From Bdellovibrionales bacterium (GTDB taxonomy: Bacteria; Bdellovibrionota; Bdellovibrionia; Bdellovibrionales; JAGQZY01), in assembly GCA_031426555.1 (NCBI GenBank), contig JANPLN010000042.1:1-64000 (forward strand): a stretch of 64,000 bases of DNA. The letters are read 5' to 3'. This document shows, piece by piece, positions 19,146 through 29,875 of this stretch; within the stretch, counting starts at the first letter, position 1; the number at the start of each line of letters is the position of its first letter. A model generated the notes under the pieces. That model was not told the origin of the DNA and made no database searches. It saw only the letters and a program-made list of their open reading frames with translations. A program made the translations under genes and the position numbers.

Positions 19146-20359
19146 ACTGGAAAGTCTTGCTGCCGAAGGTATTCCACCAGAGCAATGTACAAAATGTACT
19201 GATGAGTCAGTTCGATATCTTCAAAGTTGCACTCCGTGATACCACCGATCAGCAGCACCATTTGCGCCCCAAGGGCCCCAATGTAGAGGGTTCGGTGGAG
19301 TGCATGGGGACTGTGACGAATGCCTTGAATCGTGTGCTTTAGGTTAACACCCACAAGCAGCAAAAAGAAAAGTAAACCGAACGAACCCAAGCCCGCTAAG
19401 AAATTTAAATAGGTATTGTGGGGGTGATTTCTCATCACTTCGGGTTTATCAAAAACATCCAGGTAGTGATCAATATTTTTTACGTTTTCGTTAAAGCCAA
19501 TTCCCACCCATGGATTTTCCTTAAAAATATTCCAGTTGGCCTTCCAAAGATAAATGCGGTTGTGATTGGCGATATAATTGAGGTCGAAGATGGAGTCGAT
19601 TCGACTTTTAAAGTCGGGCATACTGGAATACAAAACGCCGATACTGATAAGAAGCGCTAAAACGATTCGCAGACAAAGCTTTTTGTTCACAATGTAAAGC
19701 AAGGTTGTGACACTCGCAAAAAACGCGATCCAGGCAGCACGTGTAAACGAGAGAAGAATATTCAGGGCAGATATAAAAAAATAAAATTGCGTTACTTTCG
19801 ACCCTCGAGTTGCAGGATTTCGAATGTGCAGCCAATTGGCCAGACTCATACAAAAAAACATCGCACTGGCGTAGGCGTAGGTCGTGGGCAAGCCGAAGAA
19901 AGCATTGGGGCGCCAAAGTTGCGATCCTTCATAGATGCGGTGGAAGGTGGCGTGGGAGCGAAACAAATCATGGGCAGTGAAAAACTGATAAATCGAATAA
20001 AAACCAGCCACGATGAGCACACACTGAACGATAAAAAAAATCTTTTCAAAATTGATATGTTTGTAGGCAAGATTAAAAAATTGAACAAAACCTAAATAAG
20101 AAATCATCCATCGAAACTCGCCGATGTAATCTAAAAAACTCGCGAGTGGTAGTGAGTTGCTAAAAAAACTCGCTATAGCTACGAGCAATAAGCCCACAAA
20201 ACAGGCAAGTATCCAGCGAGAGGGCCAAACCCATTTATTTTCATAGAGGGCGATACCAGCACCGGAAAGAAAAACAAGAGGGGCAAGAGTTTCCATGGCT
20301 GCAACAGAGAGGAAGGCGCTGCAAAAATATGCATAAAAAATAAAAACAAGCACTTGCAA
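19142..20359 (-). CDS. waaL: O-antigen ligase family protein (Wzy_C)
   Basis: SFTRAAW, RIYLWK...NPWVGIG, HPHNTYL; many TM segments; TTG start chosen from the GGGGG SD (ORF is open to 20383). Confidence 0.8.
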   Translation of the reverse strand: MQVLVFIFYAYFCSAFLSVAAMETLAPLVFLSGAGIALYENKWVWPSRWILACFVGLLLVAIASFFSNSLPLASFLDYIGEFRWMISYLGFVQFFNLAYKHINFEKIFFIVQCVLIVAGFYSIYQFFTAHDLFRSHATFHRIYEGSQLWRPNAFFGLPTTYAYASAMFFCMSLANWLHIRNPATRGSKVTQFYFFISALNILLSFTRAAWIAFFASVTTLLYIVNKKLCLRIVLALLISIGVLYSSMPDFKSRIDSIFDLNYIANHNRIYLWKANWNIFKENPWVGIGFNENVKNIDHYLDVFDKPEVMRNHPHNTYLNFLAGLGSFGLLFFLLLVGVNLKHTIQGIRHSPHALHRTLYIGALGAQMVLLIGGITECNFEDIELTHQYILYIALVEYLRQQDFPV

Positions 20360-20391
20360 GAATTCGCCCCCTGTACCGAACAATCACGATA

Positions 20392-21285
20392 TCAAAGTTG
20401 TGCGGAATGCAAAACAGAATTGTGAGCAGGAGACTGCGATTTTTTTTGTTTGAGGTCGTAGTAACCAACTTGCTTGTTGAGAGCTTCTCTTAGAGGATCG
20501 CGAACCCAACCCCACTTATTGAAGTAGCGAACCATACTTTGCAGAAAAATAAAGAAGAGAGTCAAATTGCGGTAAGCTCCGCGGGACCAATGATGATAGG
20601 CCGTCAGGTCGGAGAAAACGACGGTTTTGTACTGCTCGGAAATACGCCGAGAAAGATCGGTGTCTTCTAAATACAAAAAGTAGCGCTCATCAAACCCATT
20701 ATTTTCGACAAAGGCATCTGCCCGAAAAAACATAAAACAGCCCGAAATTGTTGGGCACAGAAAGGTTTTACTTTTTTCCACGTCTTTCAGCTGATACCAA
20801 TTGTAACTTTCAGTTTTAAAAAGCTCAGTTTTAAATTTGCAGCTTAAAAAATTTACTAGCAAATCTGTTGGTCGAGGAGCGCGGCGATTGATCAGCTGCA
20901 TCTTTCCTGATGGATGGCAAATCTGTGGAATACAAAGCCCAATGTCAGGATCCTGCTGCATGCGGATTAAGAGTTCGGAAATCAGCTGGCCGTCAAAATA
21001 GACATCGGGATTTAACACCAAAAAGTAGCCATGGGACTGTGCTTGCGGCAACGACAGTAAGTTTTGGTTGTGGGCACGGCCGAATCCAAGATTTTTCCAG
21101 TTGAAAGTGTATTTTAAGGGCTTACTGCAAGTGAGCAGCGACATATCTAAAGGGCTTGGCGAATTATCAGAAAGAAGGATTTGCAGTTTGATTGGCGTCT
21201 TGCAGAGGCTTGTCAGTGTTTGCTGGAGCTGCTCCAGGTTCGGCTTATAAATGACAATGGAAACCGTGAGTTCGAAATGAGTCAT
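20392..21285 (-). CDS. GT2, probable rhamnosyltransferase (WbbL-like)
   Basis: SIVIYK, DNS, NLGFGRAHN, LNPD, SGCFM, GFDERYFLYLEDTDL. Confidence 0.85.
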   Translation of the reverse strand: MTHFELTVSIVIYKPNLEQLQQTLTSLCKTPIKLQILLSDNSPSPLDMSLLTCSKPLKYTFNWKNLGFGRAHNQNLLSLPQAQSHGYFLVLNPDVYFDGQLISELLIRMQQDPDIGLCIPQICHPSGKMQLINRRAPRPTDLLVNFLSCKFKTELFKTESYNWYQLKDVEKSKTFLCPTISGCFMFFRADAFVENNGFDERYFLYLEDTDLSRRISEQYKTVVFSDLTAYHHWSRGAYRNLTLFFIFLQSMVRYFNKWGWVRDPLREALNKQVGYYDLKQKKSQSPAHNSVLHSAQL

Positions 21286-21391
21286 TTTTAGCTTAACCTC
21301 TAATTGAGATTTATTTTAATGCGATGCAAAAAGCAATCAAATTTTACATTGCGGACCGTCGATTTGGCCCTAAAAGGTGTATAAACCAAAT

Positions 21392-22249
21392 ATGGGTAAG
21401 GCCGTGTCTTTGATGAAGAAACTAGTTCAGTTATTAGCTTGGGGTTATGGCAACTGGGTGATTTATCGCACACTCAGATACGCGCGGTCTTTTTTAGTCC
21501 CGCGAAGGGTTCCATTGCAATCTGAAGAAAAGATTTCTCACGATCAAGCGCAAAATTTAATCCGCGAATTAAACGGGGCGTTTAAGGCTTCGAACCGTAA
21601 GGCCCTGTGTCTGCATTTATACTACACCGACGTTTTGCAGGAAATCCTCACCAGTGAAATTTTTCTCCAAGAAAAATGCGATTTGTATATTTCGATTGGG
21701 CCCAATATAGACACCCAGTTTTTTAAACATTTGCAACCGCTCAAAGGCAGGGTGAAGGTTTATCAGTTTGCCAATAAAGGCCGCGATATTTATCCCTTCC
21801 TCAAAATCTATCCAGAGCTACTAGATGGTGATTATGAATGGGTTTGCAAACTTCACAGTAAGCGTTCGCCACAGATGCGCGATGGTGAATTGTGGCGGCA
21901 AGACATCTTTGCAGATCTTCTGTCGCTCGACGGCCTGCGACGCCTCAATGAGGAGAGCTCCAGTGCGATAATCGCGCCGAAGCACAGTTTATTGCCAGTG
22001 CCACTATTTTTGGGAGCCAATGGACCCACGATGCTTAAACTTTTAGAAGACATGGGAACTGTACGCAAGGATTGCGAGTTTCTGTTCGTGTCGGGAACTA
22101 TGTTTTGGTTTCGCCCAGCAAGTTTGAAAAAACTTTTAAAACTCAAAAATGTGGAAGATGACTTCAATAAGAGTTATCAAATTGATGGAAACACCGAACA
22201 CGCCTTTGAACGACTTTTTTATTTTTTGGCCACCGAATCAAGTGATTGA
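21392..22249 (+). CDS. Rhamnan synthesis F (RgpF) family protein
   Basis: HLYYTD, NKGRDIYPF, KLHSKRS, GTMFWFRP, DGNTEHAFER. Confidence 0.85.
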   Translation: MGKAVSLMKKLVQLLAWGYGNWVIYRTLRYARSFLVPRRVPLQSEEKISHDQAQNLIRELNGAFKASNRKALCLHLYYTDVLQEILTSEIFLQEKCDLYISIGPNIDTQFFKHLQPLKGRVKVYQFANKGRDIYPFLKIYPELLDGDYEWVCKLHSKRSPQMRDGELWRQDIFADLLSLDGLRRLNEESSSAIIAPKHSLLPVPLFLGANGPTMLKLLEDMGTVRKDCEFLFVSGTMFWFRPASLKKLLKLKNVEDDFNKSYQIDGNTEHAFERLFYFLATESSD

Positions 22250-23245
22250 ACTGAGCATCGTTAACCACTCATTATTTTTTGCGTACCAGTTCACGGTTTG
22301 ATGCAGTCCTTCTTCGAACGACACCGAAGGCGACCAACCGAGTTCCGTGTGGGCTTTTGTAAAATCAATGGCATAGCGCCAGTCATGCCCTTTACGGTCT
22401 TGCACGTATTCAATCAGCGAATCGGGCTTTTTAAGAATCGAAAGAATTGTTTTTACCACATCGATGTTGCGTCGTTCTGACTGTCCACCAAAATTGTAAA
22501 CAGAACCTGCCGTACCTTTTTCGAACACCGACCATATGCCACGGTTGTGGTCATCCACAAAAATCCAGTCGCGAATATTTTTGCCGTTTCCATACACAGG
22601 CAGAGGTTTGTCTTGCATGGCATTGAGGGTCATCAGGGGAATTAATTTTTCGGGAAACTGATAGGGCCCATAGTTGTTCGAGCAGCGGGTGATGCACGCG
22701 TTGAGTTTGAACGTTTCAAAGTAGGCGCGCACTAAGAGGTCGGAGCCCGCTTTACTGGCGCTGTAAGGGCTGTTCGGCGCAAGGGGTGTGGTTTCGGTGA
22801 ACGCAGGAGAGTCTTCTTCGAGGGTCCCATAAACTTCGTCAGTGCTCACGTGCACAAATTTGAAGGCGGGATTGGATTCCGCAGCCTTTAAAGAGGCGTT
22901 GAGCAAATTGAGTGTTCCCAGAACATTTGTTTCGACAAAAATATTCGGAGAATCTATGGAGCGATCAACGTGCGACTCCGCCGCAAAGTGAATGACACCT
23001 GCAGGTTGAAAATCGTTAAAAACTTTTTGCACCGCTTCGGCGCGACGGATATCCAGTTTTTGAAACTTAAGGTGAGAGAAAGCATCCAGTTCGGGTTGAA
23101 TGGTTTGCAATCGTCCCGCATAGGTGAGGGCATCTACAATCACAAAGTTGTATTGGTTTCGAACGGCATCGCTGCAGGTAATTTTTTTTACAAAGTTGCT
23201 GCCGATGAAACCAGCGCAGCCAGTGAGTAGAATGGTTGGTTTCAT
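22238..23245 (-). CDS. rfbB: dTDP-glucose 4,6-dehydratase
   Basis: TGCAGFIGSN, DALTYAG, FAAESHVDRSI, VSTDEVYG, SPYSASKA, CSNNYGPYQFPEKLIP. Confidence 0.96.
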   Translation of the reverse strand: MKPTILLTGCAGFIGSNFVKKITCSDAVRNQYNFVIVDALTYAGRLQTIQPELDAFSHLKFQKLDIRRAEAVQKVFNDFQPAGVIHFAAESHVDRSIDSPNIFVETNVLGTLNLLNASLKAAESNPAFKFVHVSTDEVYGTLEEDSPAFTETTPLAPNSPYSASKAGSDLLVRAYFETFKLNACITRCSNNYGPYQFPEKLIPLMTLNAMQDKPLPVYGNGKNIRDWIFVDDHNRGIWSVFEKGTAGSVYNFGGQSERRNIDVVKTILSILKKPDSLIEYVQDRKGHDWRYAIDFTKAHTELGWSPSVSFEEGLHQTVNWYAKNNEWLTMLSSIT

Positions 23246-23802
23246 GTTGGTTCTCTTTTTTCTTTGAGCAAAAACTCACTCAATGATGGCAGGGCTTTGT
23301 CTTTGTCGGATAAAATTAATTCTTCAGTTGGCATTTTCCAATCGATAGAAAGGTCAGCATCATTAAAGATAATTCCGCCTTCACTTTCCTTGTTATAAAA
23401 ATTGTCCACTTTATAAAAAAACTCAGCCGTCTCGCTTAAGACGACAAAGCCGTGGGCAAAGCCGCGTGGAATATATAACGACGTCGGGTCGTCGGCTTTA
23501 AGCTCAAGCCCATACCATTGGCCGAAGGTGGACGAGTGGCTTCGCAAATCCACAGCCACGTCGTACACGTGGCCACTGAGTACGGTGACCAATTTTGCCT
23601 GTGCATGTTCTCCGCGTTGCAAGTGGAGACCGCGAAGTGTTCCGCGCTGGGAAAAGGAGCGGTTGTCTTGAACAAAAGGTCGCGAGAATCCACGCTGTTG
23701 AAAATGCAATGCGTTAAAGCTTTCGAAAAAATATCCCCTCGAGTCGTTGAAGACTTTGGGGCGATAAATCAAAAGATCTTTTAAAGGCGTCTCAGTGAAC
23801 AT
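23242..23802 (-). CDS. rfbC: dTDP-4-dehydrorhamnose 3,5-epimerase
   Basis: DSRGYFFE, VQDNRSFS..GTLRGLH, DVAVDLR, PRGFAHGF. Confidence 0.96.
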   Translation of the reverse strand: MFTETPLKDLLIYRPKVFNDSRGYFFESFNALHFQQRGFSRPFVQDNRSFSQRGTLRGLHLQRGEHAQAKLVTVLSGHVYDVAVDLRSHSSTFGQWYGLELKADDPTSLYIPRGFAHGFVVLSETAEFFYKVDNFYNKESEGGIIFNDADLSIDWKMPTEELILSDKDKALPSLSEFLLKEKREPT

Positions 23803-23891
23803 CTTGGGCCTTTGGTTTTATTACTTTAAGAGTTTTTTGCAATGAGAAAGTAATAGGGTTATACGTCATTTCTTTACCATAAAGAGGATCT

Positions 23892-24761
23892 ATGAAGGGT
23901 ATTATTTTAGCAGGTGGCAGCGGGACTCGTTTATTTCCAACAACTCTCGCCGTGAGCAAGCAGCTTTTGCCTGTTTACGACAAACCGACAATTTATTACC
24001 CGTTATCCACGCTCATGATTGCTGGCATTCGAGAAATCATGATTATCAGCACACCCCGCGATGTGCCCATGATTCGCTCCTTGCTCGGAGATGGAAAAAA
24101 ACTGGGTCTCGAAATCAGCTATGCCGTTCAAGAAAAACCAGACGGTATTGCCCAGGCATTTGTTATTGCCGATGAATTTATTCGTGGCTCGTCGGTATGT
24201 TTAATTCTTGGCGATAATATTTTTTACGGCGAGAACATGCCGACCATGCTGCAGGAAGCGACGCAACTCAAAACCGGAGCCGCAGTGTTTGCTTACCGCG
24301 TGAATGATCCAGAACGCTACGGCGTGGTTGAATTTGATGAATCAGGTAAAGCGGTGAGCATCGAGGAAAAGCCCGCTGTGCCGCGATCGAGCTGGGCGGT
24401 GACCGGGCTTTACTTTTACGACAGCAATGTCACTCAGTTAGTTCGTGGCTTGAAGCCCTCTAAGCGTGGAGAAATCGAAATCACGGATCTCAATTCGCTG
24501 TATCTTAAAGCGCAAGATTTAAAAGTTTTCACCTTGGGTCGCGGAGTGGCGTGGCTTGACACGGGCACCGATGATTCACTTTTGGACTCCGCTCAGTTTG
24601 TCCATACCATCGAAAAACGCCAAGGCCTTAAGATTGCGTGTCTTGAAGAGATTTCGCTAGAAAAAGGATATATTTCGAAAACTCAGTTTACAAAACTTGC
24701 CGAGGAAGCTCCCATGAGTGGCTACGGGCAGTACTTAAAAAAAATCGCATCGCATCTTTAA
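23892..24761 (+). CDS. rfbA: Glucose-1-phosphate thymidylyltransferase
   Basis: MKGIILAGGSGTRLFP, SKQLLPVYDKP, LGDNIF, EEKP, WLDTGT. Confidence 0.97.
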   Translation: MKGIILAGGSGTRLFPTTLAVSKQLLPVYDKPTIYYPLSTLMIAGIREIMIISTPRDVPMIRSLLGDGKKLGLEISYAVQEKPDGIAQAFVIADEFIRGSSVCLILGDNIFYGENMPTMLQEATQLKTGAAVFAYRVNDPERYGVVEFDESGKAVSIEEKPAVPRSSWAVTGLYFYDSNVTQLVRGLKPSKRGEIEITDLNSLYLKAQDLKVFTLGRGVAWLDTGTDDSLLDSAQFVHTIEKRQGLKIACLEEISLEKGYISKTQFTKLAEEAPMSGYGQYLKKIASHL

Positions 24762-25828
24762 TCGAGAACGCTAAAAATGTGTTTGGCGGCATTCATTTTA
24801 ATTTCTGTTCGGCGAAAAAACTCTTGGCTCTTTAAAATGGCAGGCGATGGGTCCTGAGAGTAAGTCTGGATGGCGTCGATCCATTCCTGTGATTTAGTAA
24901 GCGCGATCAAGGGTTTGTAATTTTCCGAAAGACTATCGTAATCCACCAGCAGCACAGGCAAATTCATGGCCGCTGCATCCACGGCTGTCGTCGAGGGGGT
25001 GGTGATTACCAGATCCGAGATTTTGGCAATGGCTGGAGCTGTGAAAGGCTCCCACAGCGGATCTTGCGGATTTAAAATCATCACATTTTCGGCTTTGCGG
25101 ATTTGTTTTTGTTGGGTAAACCAACGACCATCATGATGGGGCTTTAATAAAAAACAAAAATCCCTGAAGTGGTTTGCTGCTGCAAAAAGATCCTCGATAA
25201 AGTGCTCACGATAGGATGAAGAGTATCGATGCCAGTGCAAGTTTTCAAAAACTGAAATCACGAAGGAAGCCGTCTTGCGAGGAGCAGCAAGGCGCGAATT
25301 ATCTTTTGTGCAACCAAACTCTATGCACTTTTGCAACGTATGCGCAGGTATGTTCGCATGCAAATGGCTTTTGTTGGACCAAATCAGAATCTTTTCCGAA
25401 GCGAATTTGACATTTTTGATGTTGTGAACCGAATCGCTGTAGGTGAGGCCAATATTCTCGAAGCCATGCTGGAGCGTCACGGTTTTTAGTCCCATAAGGC
25501 GGGCCAGACGGGTGAGTCGGTGGGCCCAGCGATGGGCGCGAGTGGAGCTTTCCGAAGCCGTGAGAAGATGTGTCGCCGTTTGGAAGCTTGCAACAATTCG
25601 CAAGAAATCCCAAGGCAGGCGAAGCGCTGTCCAGGGGATGTGGTACTTTTTTAAAAAAACAGCAATTCTGGGGGAACGGCGTAGAAGCCTATGGTGTAGC
25701 AGAACTTTAAAGCGTGTGTTATTGGACTGTAGCTGAAGGATGATCGGCGCGAGAAGGTCCAAATCCTGAGGGAGATGGATGAAGATCACGACGACATATA
25801 GAGACGCGGATAACGCCTTGAGTTGCAT
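24758..25828 (-). CDS. Hypothetical GT-B-fold protein (CDP-glycerol glycerophosphotransferase / capsule synthesis-like)
   Basis: TLQHG, LKPHH, DLVITTPSTTAVDAAAMNLPV resemble that family. Confidence 0.5.
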   Translation of the reverse strand: MQLKALSASLYVVVIFIHLPQDLDLLAPIILQLQSNNTRFKVLLHHRLLRRSPRIAVFLKKYHIPWTALRLPWDFLRIVASFQTATHLLTASESSTRAHRWAHRLTRLARLMGLKTVTLQHGFENIGLTYSDSVHNIKNVKFASEKILIWSNKSHLHANIPAHTLQKCIEFGCTKDNSRLAAPRKTASFVISVFENLHWHRYSSSYREHFIEDLFAAANHFRDFCFLLKPHHDGRWFTQQKQIRKAENVMILNPQDPLWEPFTAPAIAKISDLVITTPSTTAVDAAAMNLPVLLVDYDSLSENYKPLIALTKSQEWIDAIQTYSQDPSPAILKSQEFFRRTEIKMNAAKHIFSVLD

Positions 25829-25890
25829 GGTTTTTGTTTACAGAACATACGCATAAAAGACAATAGGCTTTTGTGAGAGTTGAGGGTGGC

Positions 25891-26742
25891 ATGTCCAAAC
25901 GAAAAATCTTTGTGGGAACCGATACAAGCCAACGGCTTGCAGTGAAAGTTCTTGAGCATTCAATCAAAAAGTATGCTTCCGAAGACGTGGAAGTTGTTGC
26001 GATGTGCGATTTACCCGTTCCAGTCCCGCGCTCCACAACCAATCAGCAAAGAACTGGATTTTCTTTTAGTCGCTTTTGTATTCCTCAGTTTATGGATTAC
26101 ACAGGAACTGCTATTTACCTCGATGCCGATATGCTTGTTTTCTCCGATATCATGGAACTGTTTCGTTGGCCCATGAAAGAACATCACATGGTGATTCAAA
26201 AACCTTTGCCTGGTAAAAGACGAATCCGTCAGTGTTCGGTGATGATCATTGATTGTGAAAAATGTCGTTGGAATATCAACACCATCGTCGCCGATTTAGA
26301 TAACGGAAAATATAACTATCAACAGCTGATGCAGAACATGTGTATCGTCGACGACGCCCATGTGGGCGAAGAGCTGCCGTTTTCGTGGAACAGTCTGGAG
26401 CATTACGATAACGACACGAAGTTAATTCATTACACAGACATGAACACTCAACCATGGGTGAGTACCCGCAATAAACACGCCGGCGTTTGGTTCGAAGCCG
26501 TCTTAGAAATGCTAAGCAATGGAAAATTGACCGAAGACGATATTCGAGCGGAAATCCAAGCGGGATTTTTTCGACCGTCGCTTCTTGTGGATATACACAA
26601 TTATGCTAAGATGCCAAAGATCCTGGCGCCATTTTGGAGATTTTCGTTGGTGCTGATGGACCTCTCAAAGGGCTACAGGAAGCATAAAGAAGTGATAACG
26701 CGGTCGAATCAAATCAAAAAAGCCATGGCAGTTAAAACGTAA
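25891..26742 (+). CDS. GT8-like glycosyltransferase
   Basis: KIFVG, TGFSFSRF, AIYLDADML, SVM, WNSLE, HYTDMNTQPW. Confidence 0.75.
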   Translation: MSKRKIFVGTDTSQRLAVKVLEHSIKKYASEDVEVVAMCDLPVPVPRSTTNQQRTGFSFSRFCIPQFMDYTGTAIYLDADMLVFSDIMELFRWPMKEHHMVIQKPLPGKRRIRQCSVMIIDCEKCRWNINTIVADLDNGKYNYQQLMQNMCIVDDAHVGEELPFSWNSLEHYDNDTKLIHYTDMNTQPWVSTRNKHAGVWFEAVLEMLSNGKLTEDDIRAEIQAGFFRPSLLVDIHNYAKMPKILAPFWRFSLVLMDLSKGYRKHKEVITRSNQIKKAMAVKT

Positions 26743-27653
26743 TGCAAATTTTAAAAAAAATATCGCTCTCACTTATGATTCGCTATGCCCTTGCCCTGGG
26801 CATTTTGCTTTACTTGATTCGCAGTGATTCGTTTTCCTTCTTAACAGAATTGTACCGCTTAAGCCTCGCCACAGTGCTCGGTGCGGTGGCCATTAAATTA
26901 TTGGTCTACGCCTCAGTTTCCTGGCGCTGGTGGTTTATTTTGCAAAAGGCCAGCGTGCCGATAAAATACTGGGATGTTTTTTTTCTGAATGCCACAGGTC
27001 TGCTCACCAGTTACGTCTTGCCCAGTGCCGTATCTGCAGATGTGGGACGGTTTTACTATATGCGGGGATTCAAAATCCCCCTGGAAAAAGTAAGTCTTTC
27101 GATTTTTATGGATCGCCTGTTTGGCTTAGTTTCGCTGTTGTTAATGTTAATGGTCGGCTTGTTGCTGAATCCTGAGATTTGGACAAAACTCGATTTTTTA
27201 ATTCGCGCCGATCGAGTCTATGTGTTGAGCGCCGTACTCGTCGTCATTATCATTGGGCTTTTAGTAGCTGCCAGATTTAAACATCGTTTAAAAAAGCTTC
27301 ATTTTCTATCGGCCTTCGCCGATTGGAAACTTTGGGGCGTAGCCACAGTGGTGGGGATTTTTAGTCATGGGCTGTATGTTCTTTGCATTTGTTGGATAGC
27401 TTTTATGGAAAGTTTAAATCAAGTGACTCTCGCGAATACCCTAGTCGTATTTCCGCTGTCGGCGCTGTCGATGATTGTTCCAACCACTCCCGGCGCGCTT
27501 GGAGTGGGCCAGGTGATTTACAAATTTCTCTACGATTTTATGAGTTCCTCCGTTGGCAGTGACGGGGTTCTTATCTTTACAGTATTACAGTTGTCTGATT
27601 TACCGTTTTTAGGAATTGGTTTTTATTTTTTACTCAAAAAGAAGCGTCTATGA
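26742..27653 (+). CDS. Lysylphosphatidylglycerol synthase TM-domain (flippase-like, YbhN/AglD2) protein
   Basis: RWWFIL, LPSAVSADVGR, SIFMDRLFGL, PTTPGALGV. Confidence 0.8.
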   Translation: MQILKKISLSLMIRYALALGILLYLIRSDSFSFLTELYRLSLATVLGAVAIKLLVYASVSWRWWFILQKASVPIKYWDVFFLNATGLLTSYVLPSAVSADVGRFYYMRGFKIPLEKVSLSIFMDRLFGLVSLLLMLMVGLLLNPEIWTKLDFLIRADRVYVLSAVLVVIIIGLLVAARFKHRLKKLHFLSAFADWKLWGVATVVGIFSHGLYVLCICWIAFMESLNQVTLANTLVVFPLSALSMIVPTTPGALGVGQVIYKFLYDFMSSSVGSDGVLIFTVLQLSDLPFLGIGFYFLLKKKRL

Positions 27654-28528
27654 CTCCCTTTGCAAAAATACTAGTTTTTGGAAAAAACGGTCAATTGGCT
27701 CATTCCATTGCCCAGACTTTTACAAATTCCAACATCCATTTTGTTTCGCAACACGATTTAGACTTGCGCCTTTCTGCAGCCATTGTGCCTTTTGTAAAGG
27801 ATCAACAACCCACCCTCGTAATCAATGCGGCGGCTTACACTCAAGTGGACTTGGCGGAGACACAAAAGAGTGATGCCGAAAGCGTCAATGTTGAGGCTCC
27901 CAAAATGCTGGCCATGGCCTGCGAGGCTCTCAAAATTCCGTTGATTCATTTTTCGACAGACTACGTGTTTGATGGTGCGAAGACTGTTCCTTACACGGAA
28001 ACAGACATTCCCGGTCCTCTCAACTTTTACGGTGAAACAAAGCTGCTGGGAGAAAAAGCGGTTCAAGAGCATTGTGAAAAACATCTTATTTTTCGCGTGA
28101 GCTGGCTGTATTCCGAGCACGGCAAAAACTTTTTCCTCACGATGATGAAGTTGGGAACAGAGCGTCAGCAGTTAAAGATCGTGCACGATCAGGTGGGAGC
28201 GCCCACTTACACTTTGGAAATCGCAAAAATGTTGGCTCATACACTGCCCGAAATAGATAATAAATGGGGGCTCTATCACTTCGCAAATCAAGGGACTGCC
28301 ACGTGGTATGAATTCGCCATGGAAATATTTAAGCAAGCACGCCTGAACGGCCTTCCGCTGCGTGTGGATACAGTGGAGCCCATCGCAACCAGCCAGTATC
28401 CAACTCCCGCCCTTCGCCCTGCTAATTCAAGGCTCAGCACCAGCAAATTTGAAAGCGCTTTTAGCTACCGACCGGCTATGTGGAGCAACGCACTAAGCTC
28501 TTGTTTTTCGGCCTATATGCGAAGATAA
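27650..28528 (+). CDS. rfbD: dTDP-4-dehydrorhamnose reductase
   Basis: GKNGQL, INAAAYTQVD, HFSTDYVFDG, YGETKLLGE, DQVGAPT, TPALRP. Confidence 0.95.
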   Translation: MTPFAKILVFGKNGQLAHSIAQTFTNSNIHFVSQHDLDLRLSAAIVPFVKDQQPTLVINAAAYTQVDLAETQKSDAESVNVEAPKMLAMACEALKIPLIHFSTDYVFDGAKTVPYTETDIPGPLNFYGETKLLGEKAVQEHCEKHLIFRVSWLYSEHGKNFFLTMMKLGTERQQLKIVHDQVGAPTYTLEIAKMLAHTLPEIDNKWGLYHFANQGTATWYEFAMEIFKQARLNGLPLRVDTVEPIATSQYPTPALRPANSRLSTSKFESAFSYRPAMWSNALSSCFSAYMRR

Positions 28529-28537
28529 CTATCCGTC

Positions 28538-29875
28538 ATGCAAAAAGAGAAAAAGCTGCAAAGAGTTGCCTGGAAATTATCGCGCCTGACGTCGAATGTG
28601 GCGAGTGTGCGTTATCGCTGCCTATTGCCGGCAAAGTTTTTAGAAAATTATGGCGTTCAATCTACCTTTTTTCAGTCTTCTGATGCCATCGACTTTTCCT
28701 GCTTTGATGCCATTGTTTTTGTAAAATGTTTTACAGAGTACGACTACCACTTGGCGCAAAAGGCCCAGGCCAACGGAGTTAAGGTTTTTTTAGATATTTG
28801 CGACAATTTGTTTTTTGTAAACCACGAAACTAAAAAATATACGACACATTATAAGTATTTCGTAAAAATGGGGCAAATTGCCGAAAAAATTTTCTGCCCC
28901 ACTGAGGAGCTCAAGTGCGTTCTTGCGAAAAAACTTTCCGCGGTTAAGGTATACGTTTTGCCAGATCCCATCGAAGAGAAGCATCACAGTTACGAATTCG
29001 CAAAAAAAATTCCGCGCTTTTATTTTTCGCGAATGTTCCACAGCGGGCGACTTTCCATTCCGTTTTTGTATTTTTTGCGTTTGACCAAGGTAGCCAGCTT
29101 TCGTTTGCGGGTGCGGCCCCTCGTTATGCGAGTGATGGACCTTTTGTTTGCCGCCATCGACACTGTGATCGGACTTTTGACGTCGCTCCTGGCGCGATTG
29201 ATTGTCTGGACTCTTCCTGGTTCTGTGGCCCATGCCTTTCGGTCTGAGATTTCCGACTCTGGTGGAGCAAAAAAAATCCGCTGGATCGACGAAAACGATT
29301 TAAAAAAACCGGTGATCGGTTGGTTTGGTAACAGCGGCACAGCGGGAATTTTTGGGCTTACAGATTTGCAGCTTTTAGAGCAGGATCTACAAAAATTATG
29401 TCAGCAGCGACAAGCCACACTTCTGGTTGTGAGCGACAGCCCAGCACAGTTGGAGTGCCTGTCCCAGTTAGCACTCAACGTTTGCTTTGTGAAGTGGGAT
29501 GCGACCATCATTTACGACGCTGTCGAAAAAATGGATGTGGTGTTACTTCCCAATCGAAAGAACGAATTTAGCATTTGCAAGTCTCCAAACCGTGCGGTGT
29601 TTTCGCTGTTGTTAGGCAAACCCGTCGTGCTGACATCCAATCAATCCAATCAGTTTTTGGGCGAAAACGTGAAAAGAGCGGGGGATTGGTTCTCGGCAGT
29701 GTGCGAGTACTTGGATAACCCGCAAAAGGTGAAGGACCATGTGGAAGGTTCACGACGCTTGATACTGCAAACACTGGCGCCCGAAATTTTGGGACAGAAA
29801 TGGTTTGATCAACTGTCTATGGCAAAAAAGCAGCAGGAATTCAATTCTCAGGCGGTTCATGTTGTTCACCCGTGA
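28538..29875 (+). CDS. Putative glycosyltransferase (GT4-like)
   Basis: ASVRYRC, DICD, IGWFG, KSPNR...LGKPVV. Confidence 0.6.
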   Translation: MQKEKKLQRVAWKLSRLTSNVASVRYRCLLPAKFLENYGVQSTFFQSSDAIDFSCFDAIVFVKCFTEYDYHLAQKAQANGVKVFLDICDNLFFVNHETKKYTTHYKYFVKMGQIAEKIFCPTEELKCVLAKKLSAVKVYVLPDPIEEKHHSYEFAKKIPRFYFSRMFHSGRLSIPFLYFLRLTKVASFRLRVRPLVMRVMDLLFAAIDTVIGLLTSLLARLIVWTLPGSVAHAFRSEISDSGGAKKIRWIDENDLKKPVIGWFGNSGTAGIFGLTDLQLLEQDLQKLCQQRQATLLVVSDSPAQLECLSQLALNVCFVKWDATIIYDAVEKMDVVLLPNRKNEFSICKSPNRAVFSLLLGKPVVLTSNQSNQFLGENVKRAGDWFSAVCEYLDNPQKVKDHVEGSRRLILQTLAPEILGQKWFDQLSMAKKQQEFNSQAVHVVHP